NCBI GenBank assembly: GCA_965198845.1
Contig: CBDAQD010000001.1
Location: forward strand, 119,778 to 183,777
DNA length: 64,000 nucleotides
DNA from: Hyphomicrobiales bacterium
GTDB taxonomy: Bacteria; Pseudomonadota; Alphaproteobacteria; Rhizobiales; JAJFHC01
Reading direction: 5' to 3'
The notes below the pieces were generated by a model. That model had not been told where the DNA came from. It did not search any database and saw only the letters and a list, made by a program, of their open reading frames with translations. Shown here in pieces: positions 54,152 through 64,000 of the stretch; position 1 is the first letter of the stretch; each line of letters begins with the position of its first letter. The position numbers and the translations under genes are program-made.

Positions 54152-54691
54152 ATGGTCGAACAGCATCACAGACGAACCCCGACACCCGTACAGCCGGGCC
54201 TCATCGGACTTGCGGACAAAACCGTCTTCATCCGGGCCAGTCTCGTTGCCGCCGTTCTTGGGTCGGTGCTCACGGTCCTCAACCAACCTGCAGCGGTTTT
54301 CGGAACCAGACCGTTCGACACGCTCCCTCTCGCCCTGGTTTATCTGACACCCTTTGTCGTTGTGGTGGCCTCCCAGCTCCTCGGCAAGCGACAAGCCTTC
54401 GGCGACGCCGGCGTCATCGGATACAGACGCGTCCCCGGTTTGATTGCCACGGCATCAGGAAACGGCATTCCGGCACGAGCCGTCGCTGTGGGACTCGTGG
54501 TCGGAAGCTTGAATACGGGGCTCGTCGCAGCGGTGGCAATCTCTGCCGGCGACGGCCTCTCGAGTTTGCCAGCGGCCCTGATCGCCCAGGCATTCATCCT
54601 GCCGATCATATTCGGCCTGCTTTCACAGGCACTCGCCTACTGGCGAACCCTGGCAGTCCTCCAAGGAGGTTCCGCCACTCAAAACGCCTGA
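54152..54691 (+). CDS. Membrane protein with tandem NrtS-like (putative nitrate/nitrite transporter) repeats
   Basis: 179 aa. Both halves show the NrtS-like pattern (SLVAAVLGSVLTVLNQ...LALVYLTPFVVVVASQ and VAVGLVVGSLNTGLVAAVA...IAQAFILPIIFGLLSQ). Assigned by pattern memory. Confidence 0.5.
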   Translation: MVEQHHRRTPTPVQPGLIGLADKTVFIRASLVAAVLGSVLTVLNQPAAVFGTRPFDTLPLALVYLTPFVVVVASQLLGKRQAFGDAGVIGYRRVPGLIATASGNGIPARAVAVGLVVGSLNTGLVAAVAISAGDGLSSLPAALIAQAFILPIIFGLLSQALAYWRTLAVLQGGSATQNA

Positions 54692-54723
54692 CCCGTTGAC
54701 CCCAGTACAGAAAGGAACACGCC

Positions 54724-54912
54724 ATGACTGCCCAGATCCATCCTCACCAGAAATCCCTGTGGAGCAGGATCCTCGACTGGTCCAGAGCGCTGGATGATGC
54801 GCTCGATCACAATCCCGGCGAGGAGTCGGTGAAGCGGCTGACGCGGGACGTTGCCGCACTCGAGAACCGGATTCGAGAACTTGAGCACAGGGCAGAAGCG
54901 AACCGGCGGTAA
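54724..54912 (+). CDS. Hypothetical small protein (62 aa, predicted coiled coil)
   Basis: Short ORF with a helical heptad character (LTRDVAALENRIRELEHRAEANRR). No family recognised. Confidence 0.3.
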   Translation: MTAQIHPHQKSLWSRILDWSRALDDALDHNPGEESVKRLTRDVAALENRIRELEHRAEANRR

Positions 54913-54999
54913 GCCGCCGCTGGGGCGCGCGTGCCCTCCAAATGAAAAGGCCGGGCGGAAAGATTCCGCCCGGCCTCTGCATTCTGCAATCTTTGCGTC

Positions 55000-56757
55000 C
55001 TATGCCGCCTTGATATCCTTCAGGAACGAGTCGACCTCGGTGCGCAATGCATCGGCCTGGGACCGCAGTTCGCTCGCCGTGCTGAGCACCTGAGACGCAG
55101 CACTGCCGGTCTCGCTGGACGCCTTGGTGACCTCCAGGATGTTGGAAGACACTTCCTGCGTGCCTTTGGCGGCTTCGGCGACGTTGCGCGCGATCTCCTG
55201 GGTCGCCGCAGTCTGCTGTTCGACCGCTGCCGCCACTGCGGACGATCGTTCGGCAATCTGCTCGATGACACTGCCGATCCGGTTGACGGCCTCAACAGAT
55301 TCATCCGTGGACGACTGGATATCCGCGATCTGGGAGCCGATCTCCTCGGTCGCCTTGGCGGTCTGCTCCGCAAGCGTCTTGACCTCCGAGGCCACAACCG
55401 CGAATCCCTTGCCGGCCTCGCCGGCGCGTGCGGCCTCAATGGTCGCATTGAGCGCCAGCAGGTTGGTCTGCTCGGCAATGTCGGAGATCAGAGTCACGAC
55501 CTCGCCGATGCTCTGAGCCGCACGGGCAAGGCCCATGACGTTCTCGTTGGCCTTGTCGACCTCCGTGACCGCGTCGGATGCCGCATTCCTCGACTGGTCG
55601 ACCTGACCGGCAATCTCGGCAATCGAGGCATTGAGCTCCTCGGTCGCTGCTGCCACGGTCTGGACGTTGGTCGAGGCCTGCTCCGCCGCCGCCGCAACTG
55701 CGCTCGACTGGACGTTGGTTTCTTCCGCGGTTGCTGAAAGCGCTTCCGACGACGACTGCATCTGGCCCGAAGCTTCGGTGACAGTCGCCAAGGTTCTGGA
55801 GATCACGTCATCGAAGGAATGCGTCCGATCATCTATGACCTGCGCCCGGCGCTGCTGCGCGTCCTGCACCACGGTCTGCTCGGCCTCGAGTTCCCGCGCC
55901 CTGATCGTGTTGTCCTTGAAAACCTGAACCGCGTCGGCCATCTCGCCGATTTCGTTCTTGATGCCGATTCCCGGAATTTCAGCATCGAGATTGTCATTGG
56001 CGAGCTCACCCATCGCAGCGGTCATGGCATGCATCGGACGCGTTACGGACCATGCCACCAGGAACCAGCCGGCCAGGCCGGCCGATATCGTGACAATGAT
56101 TGAAATTATGATGAGCCAGTTCAGAGCCGCGAGCTCGTGGTGTTCGGCTGTACGGGCCGCGGCAAGAGCGAAATCGCCCAGTTCCGAAAGCAGCGCTTCA
56201 AGCTCATGATCGAGCTTCTCCGCTTCGGCCTCGATCTTCTCGCCCAGCAAAATGCCTTCCTTCACCTTGCCGGCCGCGAAGAGAGCGATGACTTCCTCGG
56301 CATGCTTCTCGAAGGCGGTATGTTCCTTCTCGATGGCCAGGAGCGCCTCAAGCACATGCCTGAACTCTTTCTTTTCCGCTTCCGTGTGAGCCACTTCGAG
56401 TGCGTGCTCTGCGAGCTTCTCGCCCTGCTTGATCTCCTCCGTCACCTTGTGACTGTATTTCCGGAAGCTCTTGACCGACTTCTCGTAGTGCTTCCGGGCT
56501 TCCGGATTGTATTCCTCTTCGATGGCGAATCGCAGGAACTTCTCAAACTGGATGGTCTGCTCGAGCTAGTGCGCGGTGATGTCCGTCACCATCCGCGTCA
56601 GAGGCATGTTTTCCTCTGCCAGTGCGACCAGTTCCTGGCCAATCTTGTTCATCTGATAAATCGCAAAGCCCGAGATGCCGATCATCGCGGCAACGCACAG
56701 GCCGATAACGCCAAGAATCTTGGTCCGGATCTTCGCGTTGTTCATTGCACCCAACAT
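55000..56757 (-). pseudogene. Methyl-accepting chemotaxis protein interrupted by an in-frame TAG
   Basis: The 63-aa ORF (TM1 and the start of the periplasmic domain, MLGAMNNAKIRTKILGVIGLCVAAMIGISG...) and the 481-aa ORF (rest of the sensor, TM2, HAMP, MCP signalling domain) are in the same frame. They are separated only by TAG (revcomp cta at 56566-56568). Confidence 0.7.
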
Positions 56758-57186
56758 TGTCTCACCCTTCCGTAGTCATGTCCCGCCAGACGCGACTGCG
56801 CCGCGGCTAAGGAATCGGGTTCCCGCACCGCGACAAACAGGCGATCGCACAGCATCTTCGATAGAAGGTTGGGTCGAAATTCTGGTGACACGCCGACGGC
56901 CGGCCAGGCCGCTGGATCCCGCAAAAGCAGTCCGTCAGACTACAAAGACCGTCCCAGTCGGAACGGCAGTTTTCAGCTTTCCGGATATGTCACGTCGGTA
57001 TCTCCCAGCCCCGCATCGACACAGGCCAATGCGGCATCACCCGCACATAGAGTTCAACAGATCGCGGTTAATGACGATTTAAAGAAGATATCCAAATCTC
57101 ATTATGGATAGGTAACATCTATTTATGGCGATAGCGGTCAGGCCGGCCGGCAAGACACTCAATGCAAATAGACCAGCCCGCTCGCT

Positions 57187-58251
57187 TCAAGGTCTTACGG
57201 CGCTAAATCCAACGAGTTTGCGCTGATCCTCGTCCCACAATGCAAGCCGGACACATTTCAGACTCTCCAGGAGCGTCAGGCGATTCATTGCCTTCAGTTC
57301 CGGCGAAGCGTCGAGGCATTCCTGGAGGCGGTAGTTCGGAATGCGGCTGTTGAGATGATGGATGTGATGCAGCCCGATATTTCCTGTAAACCACTGCAAC
57401 AGGCGCGGGAGGACATAGTAGGAGCTGCCCCCCAGAGCGGCGACCTGCATATTCCAGTCGTCTGACTGATCCCAGAGCGTGTCTTCGAACTGGTGCTGCA
57501 CGAAGAACAGCCAAACGCCGGCCCAGGCGCCGATCAATGCGACGGGCGCGAACACCATCAAGACAGGGCCGGCGCCCAATGTGGCGAACAGGCCACCGTA
57601 AAACGCAATCAGCGCAGCGTTCAGGGACAGAACGCTTATCCAGGCCTCCTTCGAAAGCCACATGCCGCCTGAGGGGATGCGCTGAAAGACCAGGAAGTAA
57701 AGCGGTGCGCCGATCACCACAAGAATGACCGGATTGCGGTAGAGACGGTAGCGCAGGCGCCCCAGACGCGAGAGACCGAGATATTCCCTGACCGTCAGCG
57801 TGTCGATATCACCGACGCCGCGGCGGCCGAGATCCCCGGAAGACGCATGATGCAACGCATGGGCCTTGCGCCAGAAACCGTAGGGCGTGAGCGTCAGCAC
57901 CGAAATTATCCGGCCGATGGTGTCGTTCGCGCGCCGGGATTTGAAATACGAGCCATGCCCGCAGTCGTGCTGGATCACGAACAGCCGCAGGAGAAAACCT
58001 CCGGCAACAACCGACAGAGCGAGCGGGAGCCAATAACCGTATTCCAGGCTCGCGAACATCAGAACGATCAGAGCGACAAATCCTGACGCCGTGATCATGA
58101 GTTGCGCCACGCTGCGCCAGGTATCCGCTTCCCGATATGCCGCACAATGAGCAAACAGGCGACGCGCGACCTGGCTCGGATCGTCGTCCTGTCCTGTGTC
58201 GCAATCGACGGACTCCGCCGCCGGCCCGCGTTGCAGTTCTTGTGCGTTCAA
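57187..58251 (-). CDS. Membrane fatty-acid desaturase
   Basis: 354 aa with three histidine boxes (HDCGHGS, HALHHASSGD, HHIHHL) and TM segments. Confidence 0.9.
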   Translation of the reverse strand: MNAQELQRGPAAESVDCDTGQDDDPSQVARRLFAHCAAYREADTWRSVAQLMITASGFVALIVLMFASLEYGYWLPLALSVVAGGFLLRLFVIQHDCGHGSYFKSRRANDTIGRIISVLTLTPYGFWRKAHALHHASSGDLGRRGVGDIDTLTVREYLGLSRLGRLRYRLYRNPVILVVIGAPLYFLVFQRIPSGGMWLSKEAWISVLSLNAALIAFYGGLFATLGAGPVLMVFAPVALIGAWAGVWLFFVQHQFEDTLWDQSDDWNMQVAALGGSSYYVLPRLLQWFTGNIGLHHIHHLNSRIPNYRLQECLDASPELKAMNRLTLLESLKCVRLALWDEDQRKLVGFSAVRP

Positions 58252-58339
58252 ATCCCCTGCCCCCTCGGATTCGTGTGTCGAATCGAATGCCCGTCCCTAG
58301 AGATGACTGATTCCCGTCATGCCAGGCAAACTGAAAAAG

Positions 58340-58384
58340 AAATGCGGATACAAAAATGCCGGGGCTTTGTTTCCTTGGCCCCGG
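58340..58384 (-). terminator. Rho-independent terminator downstream of cspA
   Basis: Minus strand GCCGGGGC-12nt-GCCCCGGC hairpin followed by TTTTTGTATCC. Confidence 0.7.
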
Positions 58385-58397
58385 CATGAACTCGGCA

Positions 58398-58604
58398 TCA
58401 GTCGGCGAGTTTTAGGTTCTCGGCAGCACTCTTGCCGTTGCGCCCTTCGACCAGTTCGTACTCGATACGCTGGCCTTCCTGCAGATCACTCAGACCTGCT
58501 TTCTCAACGGCGGAGATGTGGACGAACGCATCGCTCCCACCGCCTTCGGGCTCGATAAACCCGAAGCCCTTGGTCGCATTGAACCATTTTACTGTTCCGA
58601 CAGT
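58398..58604 (-). CDS. cspA: Cold-shock protein (CspA family)
   Basis: MTVGTVKWFNATKGFGFIEPEGGGSDAFVHISAV... (68 aa from the Met at 58604). A leader of about 230 nt follows upstream, typical for csp genes. Confidence 0.93.
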   Translation of the reverse strand, partial: TVGTVKWFNATKGFGFIEPEGGGSDAFVHISAVEKAGLSDLQEGQRIEYELVEGRNGKSAAENLKLAD

Positions 58605-58836
58605 CATCGCGGATTCCTTCATAGCAAGTAACGTTCCGCCGCCTGGGAGCGGCAGGGTCTCAGATCAACATAGTTAGGGGGATCGGGCGCTCGGTCGCCG
58701 GATGGACAACGAAGAACTTGAGCCGCCGTATATGGCAATCTTGATGGCGGCACACTATGGGCAAATGACGGGAATCACAAATCAAAAACAGCCGCAGTTG
58801 CAGGCAAGGACAATGAAAGTCAGGGCTTGCAGACGA

Positions 58837-59781
58837 TCAGAGGCGGGCCTCGACCGCATCCCAGATCAGCGCCGCGATGTCGGGACCGCCGAACTTCTTG
58901 ACCTCGCGGATGCCCGTAGGAGAGGTGACATTAATCTCGGTCAGCAGGTCGCCGATGACGTCGATGCCGACAAAGATCAATCCGCGTTTCTTCAGTTCCG
59001 GACCTAGCGCTTCGCAGATCTCGCGATCGCGGGCGCTCATCTCGATCGGTTCGGGGCGGCCACCGACATGCATATTCGACCTTGTCTCCCCCTCTGCCGG
59101 TACGCGGTTGATGGCGCCGACCGGTTCTCCGTCAACCAGAATGATCCGCTTGTCGCCCGCGCGCACATCCGGAAGATACTGCTGGGCAATGAAGGGCTCC
59201 GGGAAAGCCTGCTCGAAAATCTCCAGAAGCGACGCCAGGTTTTCATCGCCGGCCGACAGGCGGAATACGCCGGCACCGCCATTGCCGTAGAGCGGCTTGA
59301 CGATGATGTCGCCAAATTCCCGACGGAAGGCTCCAATCTCTTCCACGTCGCGCGTGATAAGCGTCGGCGGCATGAACTGCGCATAGTCCATGACAAAAAC
59401 CTTTTCCGGCGCGTTGCGGACCTCCGAGGGATTGTTCACGACGAGAGTGTCCGGATGGATCCGTTCAAGCAAATGCGTCGTCGTGATGTAGGTCATGTTG
59501 AAGGGAGGATCCTGGCGCAGATGGATGACATCGAGCTCGGCCAGGTCCTGACGGCGTTCGTCACTCAGCGAAAAGTGATTCCCGATCTCGTCGCGCACGT
59601 CGAGCGTCGAGCCCCGCGCCGACACGATGCCGTCACGCATCGCGAGTGCATTCGGCACGTAGTAGAAGATTTCGTGGCCGCGCCGGCTGGCCTCAAGCAG
59701 GATCGCAAACGTCGAGTCGCCACGAATATCGATGGTGTCGATCGGATCCATCTGAACGGCAATTTTGAGGGGCATGGTCAT
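58837..59781 (-). CDS. gshB: Glutathione synthetase
   Basis: 314 aa with an ATP-grasp fold and the GshB N-terminus ([36 protein letters not shown]). Confidence 0.95.
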   Translation of the reverse strand: MTMPLKIAVQMDPIDTIDIRGDSTFAILLEASRRGHEIFYYVPNALAMRDGIVSARGSTLDVRDEIGNHFSLSDERRQDLAELDVIHLRQDPPFNMTYITTTHLLERIHPDTLVVNNPSEVRNAPEKVFVMDYAQFMPPTLITRDVEEIGAFRREFGDIIVKPLYGNGGAGVFRLSAGDENLASLLEIFEQAFPEPFIAQQYLPDVRAGDKRIILVDGEPVGAINRVPAEGETRSNMHVGGRPEPIEMSARDREICEALGPELKKRGLIFVGIDVIGDLLTEINVTSPTGIREVKKFGGPDIAALIWDAVEARL

Positions 59782-59836
59782 CGTGCTCTTTCGTCATCGC
59801 ATCCTGCGGCGCGGGCGCCTCCGGACCCGTCATGGC

Positions 59837-60229
59837 CTAAAAGCCGTCCGCCGTAAAGGCCCCCTCAACATGATGAGGCAGGCGGCGTCCGCAAACCGCC
59901 ACAACATCGAACCGGCAATCGCAATCGAGGTCCGGCATCTTTTCGGCAAACCAATGACCGGCTGCGGCAACCACGCGTCGCTGCTGGCGGGGTGTCACGG
60001 CTTCAAGAGCTTCGGTCAAGGTCGGTCTGACCTTGACCTCGACAAAAGCGGTGATGCCGCCCCGGCGCACTATGAGATCCACTTCGCCGACCGGCGTACG
60101 ATAGCGCCGATCCAGCACCCGGTATCCCTTTGACACCAGATAGACCGCCGCGACGGCCTCGCCAATCAGGCCGCGCCGACGCGTTGCGCGGTCATGCGCC
60201 TCACCGGAACGCAGCCGAACGCCGGTCAC
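59837..60229 (-). CDS. yraN: YraN-family (UPF0102) endonuclease
   Basis: 130 aa with a PD-(D/E)xK-like core (GEVDLIVRRGGITAFVEVKVR). Conserved neighbour of rsmI. Confidence 0.9.
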   Translation of the reverse strand: MTGVRLRSGEAHDRATRRRGLIGEAVAAVYLVSKGYRVLDRRYRTPVGEVDLIVRRGGITAFVEVKVRPTLTEALEAVTPRQQRRVVAAAGHWFAEKMPDLDCDCRFDVVAVCGRRLPHHVEGAFTADGF

Positions 60230-61143
60230 CCGGTTGTGTCCTGCCGGGCCTTGATCGCAAGAGCGCGGGAATAGAGATCGCGCCGCGAACGCCCGGTGCG
60301 CTCAACTAGGGACGCCGCCGCGGCCTTGACGGGCATGGTCTCCAGAGCCTCGCCGAGCATTGCATCGACCGCTTCGTCGCTGAGCACCTCGGCCGCTCCC
60401 GGCGGCGAGACGACGACGGCGACCTCGCCGCGCGGCGCGGGCTCTGACCGGTAGGACGCGGCCATTTCACCCAGATCGCCGCGCCGGACTTCCTCGTGCA
60501 GCTTCGTGAGTTCGCGCGCGACACAAACCTGCCGCGCGCCCAGCACTTCGGACATGGCGTCGAGGCTCGCCGCGAGCCGCTTGGGCGACTCAAAGAAGAT
60601 CAGCGTCGCCGGAACCGTCTTCAGTTCTTCGAGCACCTGCCGGCGGGCACCGGCTTTCACCGGCAGGAAGCCCGCGAACAGGAATCGGTCGCTCGGCAGA
60701 CCGGCGACACTCAATGCCGCAAGCGCAGCCGACGGCCCGGGGATGGGGCTGACAAAGACATTCTCCGCAGCAGCTTCGGCGACGAGCTTGAAGCCCGGAT
60801 CCGAGACAAGGGGCGTGCCGGCATCAGACACCAGCGCAATGATCTCGTCGTTCTGCAATGCCCTCAGGACCGCCGGGCGAACCTTTTCCGCATTGTGATC
60901 GTGGTAGGGCTTGAGAGATGCCGTTATGCCGAAGTGGCCGGTCAATTTGCGCGTAACGCGGGTGTCTTCACACAGAATAGTGTCGGCTGCCGCGAGGGTC
61001 TCGAGCGCCCGCAGGGAGATGTCGCCCAGATTCCCGATCGGGGTCGCCACAATATAGAGACCCGCCCGGATCGGCCGAGCGGGAATCTTGCGGCCTTCGA
61101 CCACAAAATGGCGTTCCTGCGATCCGGCCTTATCCTTATTCAC
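60226..61143 (-). CDS. rsmI: 16S rRNA (cytidine1402-2'-O)-methyltransferase
   Basis: 305 aa with the tetrapyrrole-methylase fold and the RsmI motif (LYIVATPIGNLGDISLRALETLAAADTILCEDTRVTRKL). Confidence 0.94.
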   Translation of the reverse strand: MNKDKAGSQERHFVVEGRKIPARPIRAGLYIVATPIGNLGDISLRALETLAAADTILCEDTRVTRKLTGHFGITASLKPYHDHNAEKVRPAVLRALQNDEIIALVSDAGTPLVSDPGFKLVAEAAAENVFVSPIPGPSAALAALSVAGLPSDRFLFAGFLPVKAGARRQVLEELKTVPATLIFFESPKRLAASLDAMSEVLGARQVCVARELTKLHEEVRRGDLGEMAASYRSEPAPRGEVAVVVSPPGAAEVLSDEAVDAMLGEALETMPVKAAAASLVERTGRSRRDLYSRALAIKARQDTTG

Positions 61144-61375
61144 GGTCTGTTTCCGCCGTCATATTGCCGCCGTTATCCACCGTTAGGCGTCCCTGTCCCT
61201 TTATTGGTACGAATCGTCGCTGATTTTGCCGTTAACCCTGTGCCCGGTTTTACTTACCGGGTATATTCCAGTAGCCTAAGATCAGTGCTCCGAATCCGAA
61301 AGGATTCGTTCGCGAGGGGGTGTGGGATCGATTGCGGCAGGGTGTCCCCGGAGTTCAAGCAGAGGCCGATGGGTC

Positions 61376-62608
61376 ATGACAGGCATTCTTCGCGGTGGGC
61401 TTGAGTCCACCGGAAACGGCATGCTCAGGCGATTTGCGCAGCTGACGTTGCTCGCTGCAGGTCTCGGTCTTGCGGGATGCGCGGGAAGCAGCAGCATCTT
61501 TGGCGGATCCAAATCGACAGCCCCTGCGGTCACGGAAAATCAGGTCGAAAACATCAATACCGGCGGTTCTGCAGTCAAGGTCGCGCTGCTGCTTCCGCTG
61601 ACCGCGCGTGGACAGGCCGGCGAAATCGCCAAGGGTCTGAAAGAAGCAGGCGAACTGGCCCTGTTTGATACCAACAATCCCGGCATTGTTCTTATCCCTA
61701 AGGACACACGGGGCACGCCCGGCGGCGCGCAGGCGGCCGCAAAGGCGGCGGTCGAAGAGGGTGCCGAACTGATTCTGGGTCCGCTGTTCGCCGGATCCGT
61801 GAAGGCGGTGACCCCGGTGGCGCAGGCCGCCAACGTGCCCGTTCTGGCCTTCTCGACGGACAAGACCGTGGCCGGCAACGGCGTGTACCTCCTGAGTTTC
61901 CTGCCCAGTCAGGAAGTGACGCGGGTCGTTCAGTATGCGGCAACGCGCGGTGCCAAGAACTTCGGCGCTCTTCTGCCGGGATCGCCCTACGGAACGCTGA
62001 TTGAGCAAAGCATGGTCTCGTCGGTTCCGCGGCGCGGCGGCAAGATTGTGAGCGTCGCCAAATACGGCCGGTCGGCAAGCGGTCTCGATCAGCCGGTGAA
62101 ACAGGTGGGCGAAGCAGCCAAGACCGGGAAGATCCAGGCGCTCATGGTTGCCGAAGGCGGCACTATGCTGAAGACCGTCGGTCCCATGCTGCGCGACGCG
62201 GGCGTCGACACATCTAGGGTGCAGTTGCTGGGTACGGGCCTCTGGGACGAGCCGGGTATCGGCGCCGTGCCGGGCCTCACGGGAGGCTGGTTCGCCGGAC
62301 CGTCGCCGTCTTCCAAGGGCGCGTTCGAGCGCCGGTTCAAGAGCGCATACGGGCGCCAGCCGCCCCGCATAGCGAGCCTCGCCTATGATGCGGTAAGTCT
62401 TTCCGTCGCGCTCTCGCGCAACGCACAGGGCGACCGTTTCACGCAGACCAGGCTGACCAATCCGGAAGGGTTCGCGGGTGTGGACGGCTTGTTCCGCTTC
62501 CTGCGCAACGGCCTCAACCAGCGCGGACTTGCGGTGATCGAGGTGACGGCATCCGGCTCCCGCGTTGTCAGCCCGCCGCCGACACGTTTCTCCGGCGCCG
62601 GTTTCTAG
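61376..62608 (+). CDS. Periplasmic-binding-fold lipoprotein (LpoA/LppC-like penicillin-binding protein activator or branched-chain amino-acid-binding family)
   Basis: Lipobox LAGC after a signal peptide, then a type I periplasmic binding fold. It is divergent from rsmI, as lpoA is in many proteobacteria. Start chosen at ATG 61376; the ORF track gives 61322. Confidence 0.75.
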   Translation: MTGILRGGLESTGNGMLRRFAQLTLLAAGLGLAGCAGSSSIFGGSKSTAPAVTENQVENINTGGSAVKVALLLPLTARGQAGEIAKGLKEAGELALFDTNNPGIVLIPKDTRGTPGGAQAAAKAAVEEGAELILGPLFAGSVKAVTPVAQAANVPVLAFSTDKTVAGNGVYLLSFLPSQEVTRVVQYAATRGAKNFGALLPGSPYGTLIEQSMVSSVPRRGGKIVSVAKYGRSASGLDQPVKQVGEAAKTGKIQALMVAEGGTMLKTVGPMLRDAGVDTSRVQLLGTGLWDEPGIGAVPGLTGGWFAGPSPSSKGAFERRFKSAYGRQPPRIASLAYDAVSLSVALSRNAQGDRFTQTRLTNPEGFAGVDGLFRFLRNGLNQRGLAVIEVTASGSRVVSPPPTRFSGAGF

Positions 62609-62614
62609 GCACTT

Positions 62615-63823
62615 TCACCGCGAAATCGCTTCAACCAGAGCGTTCAGGACCGGGCGCCCGGTGGCCGTCGCACGGATTCGGCCTGCCGGATCATCGCCAT
62701 CGAGTTCAATCAATCCGTCCGCCTGAAGCCCGTCGAGCACGGATTGATCGGGACGGTGCCCGGCCAAAGCCGCATACCGTTCCAGATCAAGCCCCTCGAC
62801 CAGACGCAGGCCCATGAGTAGCAATTCAGTGGCCTGGTCGCTCATTGAAAGGGTGTCACGGACGGTCGCGCCGTGACCGTGCGCATTGACACGTTCCAGC
62901 CAGGTTTCAGGATGCGGTTCACTGTAGAGGGCAAGGCGATCGTTGCCAGCGGCGATCCGTGCATGGGCTCCGGGCCCGACGCCAGCATATTCGCCATAAC
63001 GCCAGTAAACCAGGTTGTGCCGGCATTCCGCGCCTAGACGCGCATGGTTCGAGATTTCATAAGCCGGCAGACCGGCGGACTCGCAGTCTTCCTGTGTCGC
63101 GTCGTACAGCGCGCGGGCTGCGTCATCGTCCGGAACGACGAGAACGCCCTTGCGATGAAGGTCGGCGAAGCGCGTTCCCGGTTCGATGGTGAGCTGGTAG
63201 AGCGACAGATGATCTATCGCCAGCGCAAGCGCCTGCGCCAGTTCCCGTCGCCAGTCGGCAAGCGGCTGGCCCGGGCGGGCATAGATGAGATCAAAGGAGA
63301 CGCGGTCGAATGCCCGACGAGCGATTCCGAAAGCAGCGATCGCCTCTTCGGCCGTATGCTGCCGGCCCAGAAAACGCAGGGCGTCATCGCTTAGCGACTG
63401 GACGCCGAGTGACACCCGGTTGACCCCGGCAACCCGGTATCCCTCGAAACGCCCGGCCTCGACGCTGGTCGGGTTTGCTTCAAGCGAGATCTCGGCATCA
63501 CGATCGACCGTCCACAGGCCGGCGATTGCATCCAGAACTGCCGAAACGGTCGCCGGCTCCATGAGAGACGGTGTGCCACCGCCGAAAAAAATGCTGCTGA
63601 CCCTGCGGCCCGGCGCCAGTTCGGCGAAATACTCGAGTTCGCGCACCAGTGCCGCTGCAAATGCATGCTGATCTACGGCAGCGTGCCGGACGTGGGAATT
63701 GAAGTCGCAATAGGGACACTTGGCCTTGCAGAACGGCCAGTGCACGTAAACACCGAAGCCGGCACGATCAGCACCCTGCGCGCCGGCATCGCGCTCATGT
63801 GTCAACGGTTCCGAAGCATTCAT
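62615..63823 (-). CDS. hemW: Radical SAM heme chaperone HemW (coproporphyrinogen III oxidase-like)
   Basis: From [10 protein letters not shown], with the radical SAM motif [10 protein letters not shown] and a HemN C-terminal domain. The ORF-track start at 63985 is an upstream extension. Confidence 0.9.
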   Translation of the reverse strand: MNASEPLTHERDAGAQGADRAGFGVYVHWPFCKAKCPYCDFNSHVRHAAVDQHAFAAALVRELEYFAELAPGRRVSSIFFGGGTPSLMEPATVSAVLDAIAGLWTVDRDAEISLEANPTSVEAGRFEGYRVAGVNRVSLGVQSLSDDALRFLGRQHTAEEAIAAFGIARRAFDRVSFDLIYARPGQPLADWRRELAQALALAIDHLSLYQLTIEPGTRFADLHRKGVLVVPDDDAARALYDATQEDCESAGLPAYEISNHARLGAECRHNLVYWRYGEYAGVGPGAHARIAAGNDRLALYSEPHPETWLERVNAHGHGATVRDTLSMSDQATELLLMGLRLVEGLDLERYAALAGHRPDQSVLDGLQADGLIELDGDDPAGRIRATATGRPVLNALVEAISR

Positions 63824-64000
63824 CGACCATTTTCCGGAACGCAACGGCACGATGGGAAATCGCGTGCTTTGCGTCCGGATCCATTTCGCCGAACGTTTCC
63901 CGGTAGCCGTCCGCAAGGAACGCGGGATCGTAACCGAAGCCCCGGTCTCCGCGCGGCGGCCAGACCATTGTGCCGGCCACTTCACCTTCGAACTCCTCGG
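63795..64000 (-). CDS. rdgB: Non-canonical purine NTP pyrophosphatase RdgB (3' part only, gene continues past the window end)
   Basis: The C-terminal block GFGYDPAF...[20 protein letters not shown] matches the Ham1/RdgB family. The reading frame stays open to position 64000. Confidence 0.8.
   Translation of the reverse strand, partial: EEFEGEVAGTMVWPPRGDRGFGYDPAFLADGYRETFGEMDPDAKHAISHRAVAFRKMVDECFGTVDT

Overview
This window is about 64 kb of a high-GC alphaproteobacterial chromosome. Gene order mutS-maeB-olsB, with glnD-murJ-trpS on the other side, suggests Rhizobiales or a close relative. Most of it is minus-strand housekeeping. It opens with the pnp terminator and the classical rimP-nusA-ylxR-infB-rbfA-truB-rpsO-pnp block. 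It continues with trmB, a metK gene with a 60-nt leader, an XRE regulator, lnt, corC-ybeY-phoH-miaB, a PlsC/OlsA-like acyltransferase, fur, tsaB-rimI, GST, a CoA-transferase, a NifU-like gene, uspA, trpS, murJ and glnD. Between glnD (start at 29759) and mutS (start at 40081) lies a mosaic insertion of about 7.5 kb. It holds an AT-rich stretch with a small membrane-protein gene, a cluster of tRNA-like elements (two anticodon-arm-less, tRNA-shaped minihelices and one aberrant tRNA), a GC-rich SPFH gene, and a distinctly low-GC cassette encoding a 527-aa kinase-like/dCMP-deaminase-fold fusion protein. That gene is preceded by a palindromic operator and a -10 box. After it come a 2OG-Fe(II) oxygenase, an orphan ParS/DUF2384 antitoxin-like ORF and a PlsB-like acyltransferase. 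I rate the deaminase cassette the best candidate for an accessory, possibly anti-phage nucleotide-depletion, system. Downstream are mutS, the NADP-malic enzyme, an OlsB-like N-acyltransferase with a triple-palindrome upstream region, a hybrid histidine kinase and a lower-GC patch. That patch carries a frameshifted secreted coiled-coil/beta-barrel protein gene and a 148-aa hypothetical. The window continues with an aspartyl beta-hydroxylase, comM/yifB, an alternative oxidase divergent from a marR operon with two membrane proteins (one a tandem NrtS-like protein), a chemoreceptor gene interrupted by an in-frame TAG, a desaturase-cspA pair, gshB, yraN, rsmI, a lipoprotein, hemW and a truncated rdgB. 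I saw no CRISPR array, no rRNA and no intact transposase or integrase.
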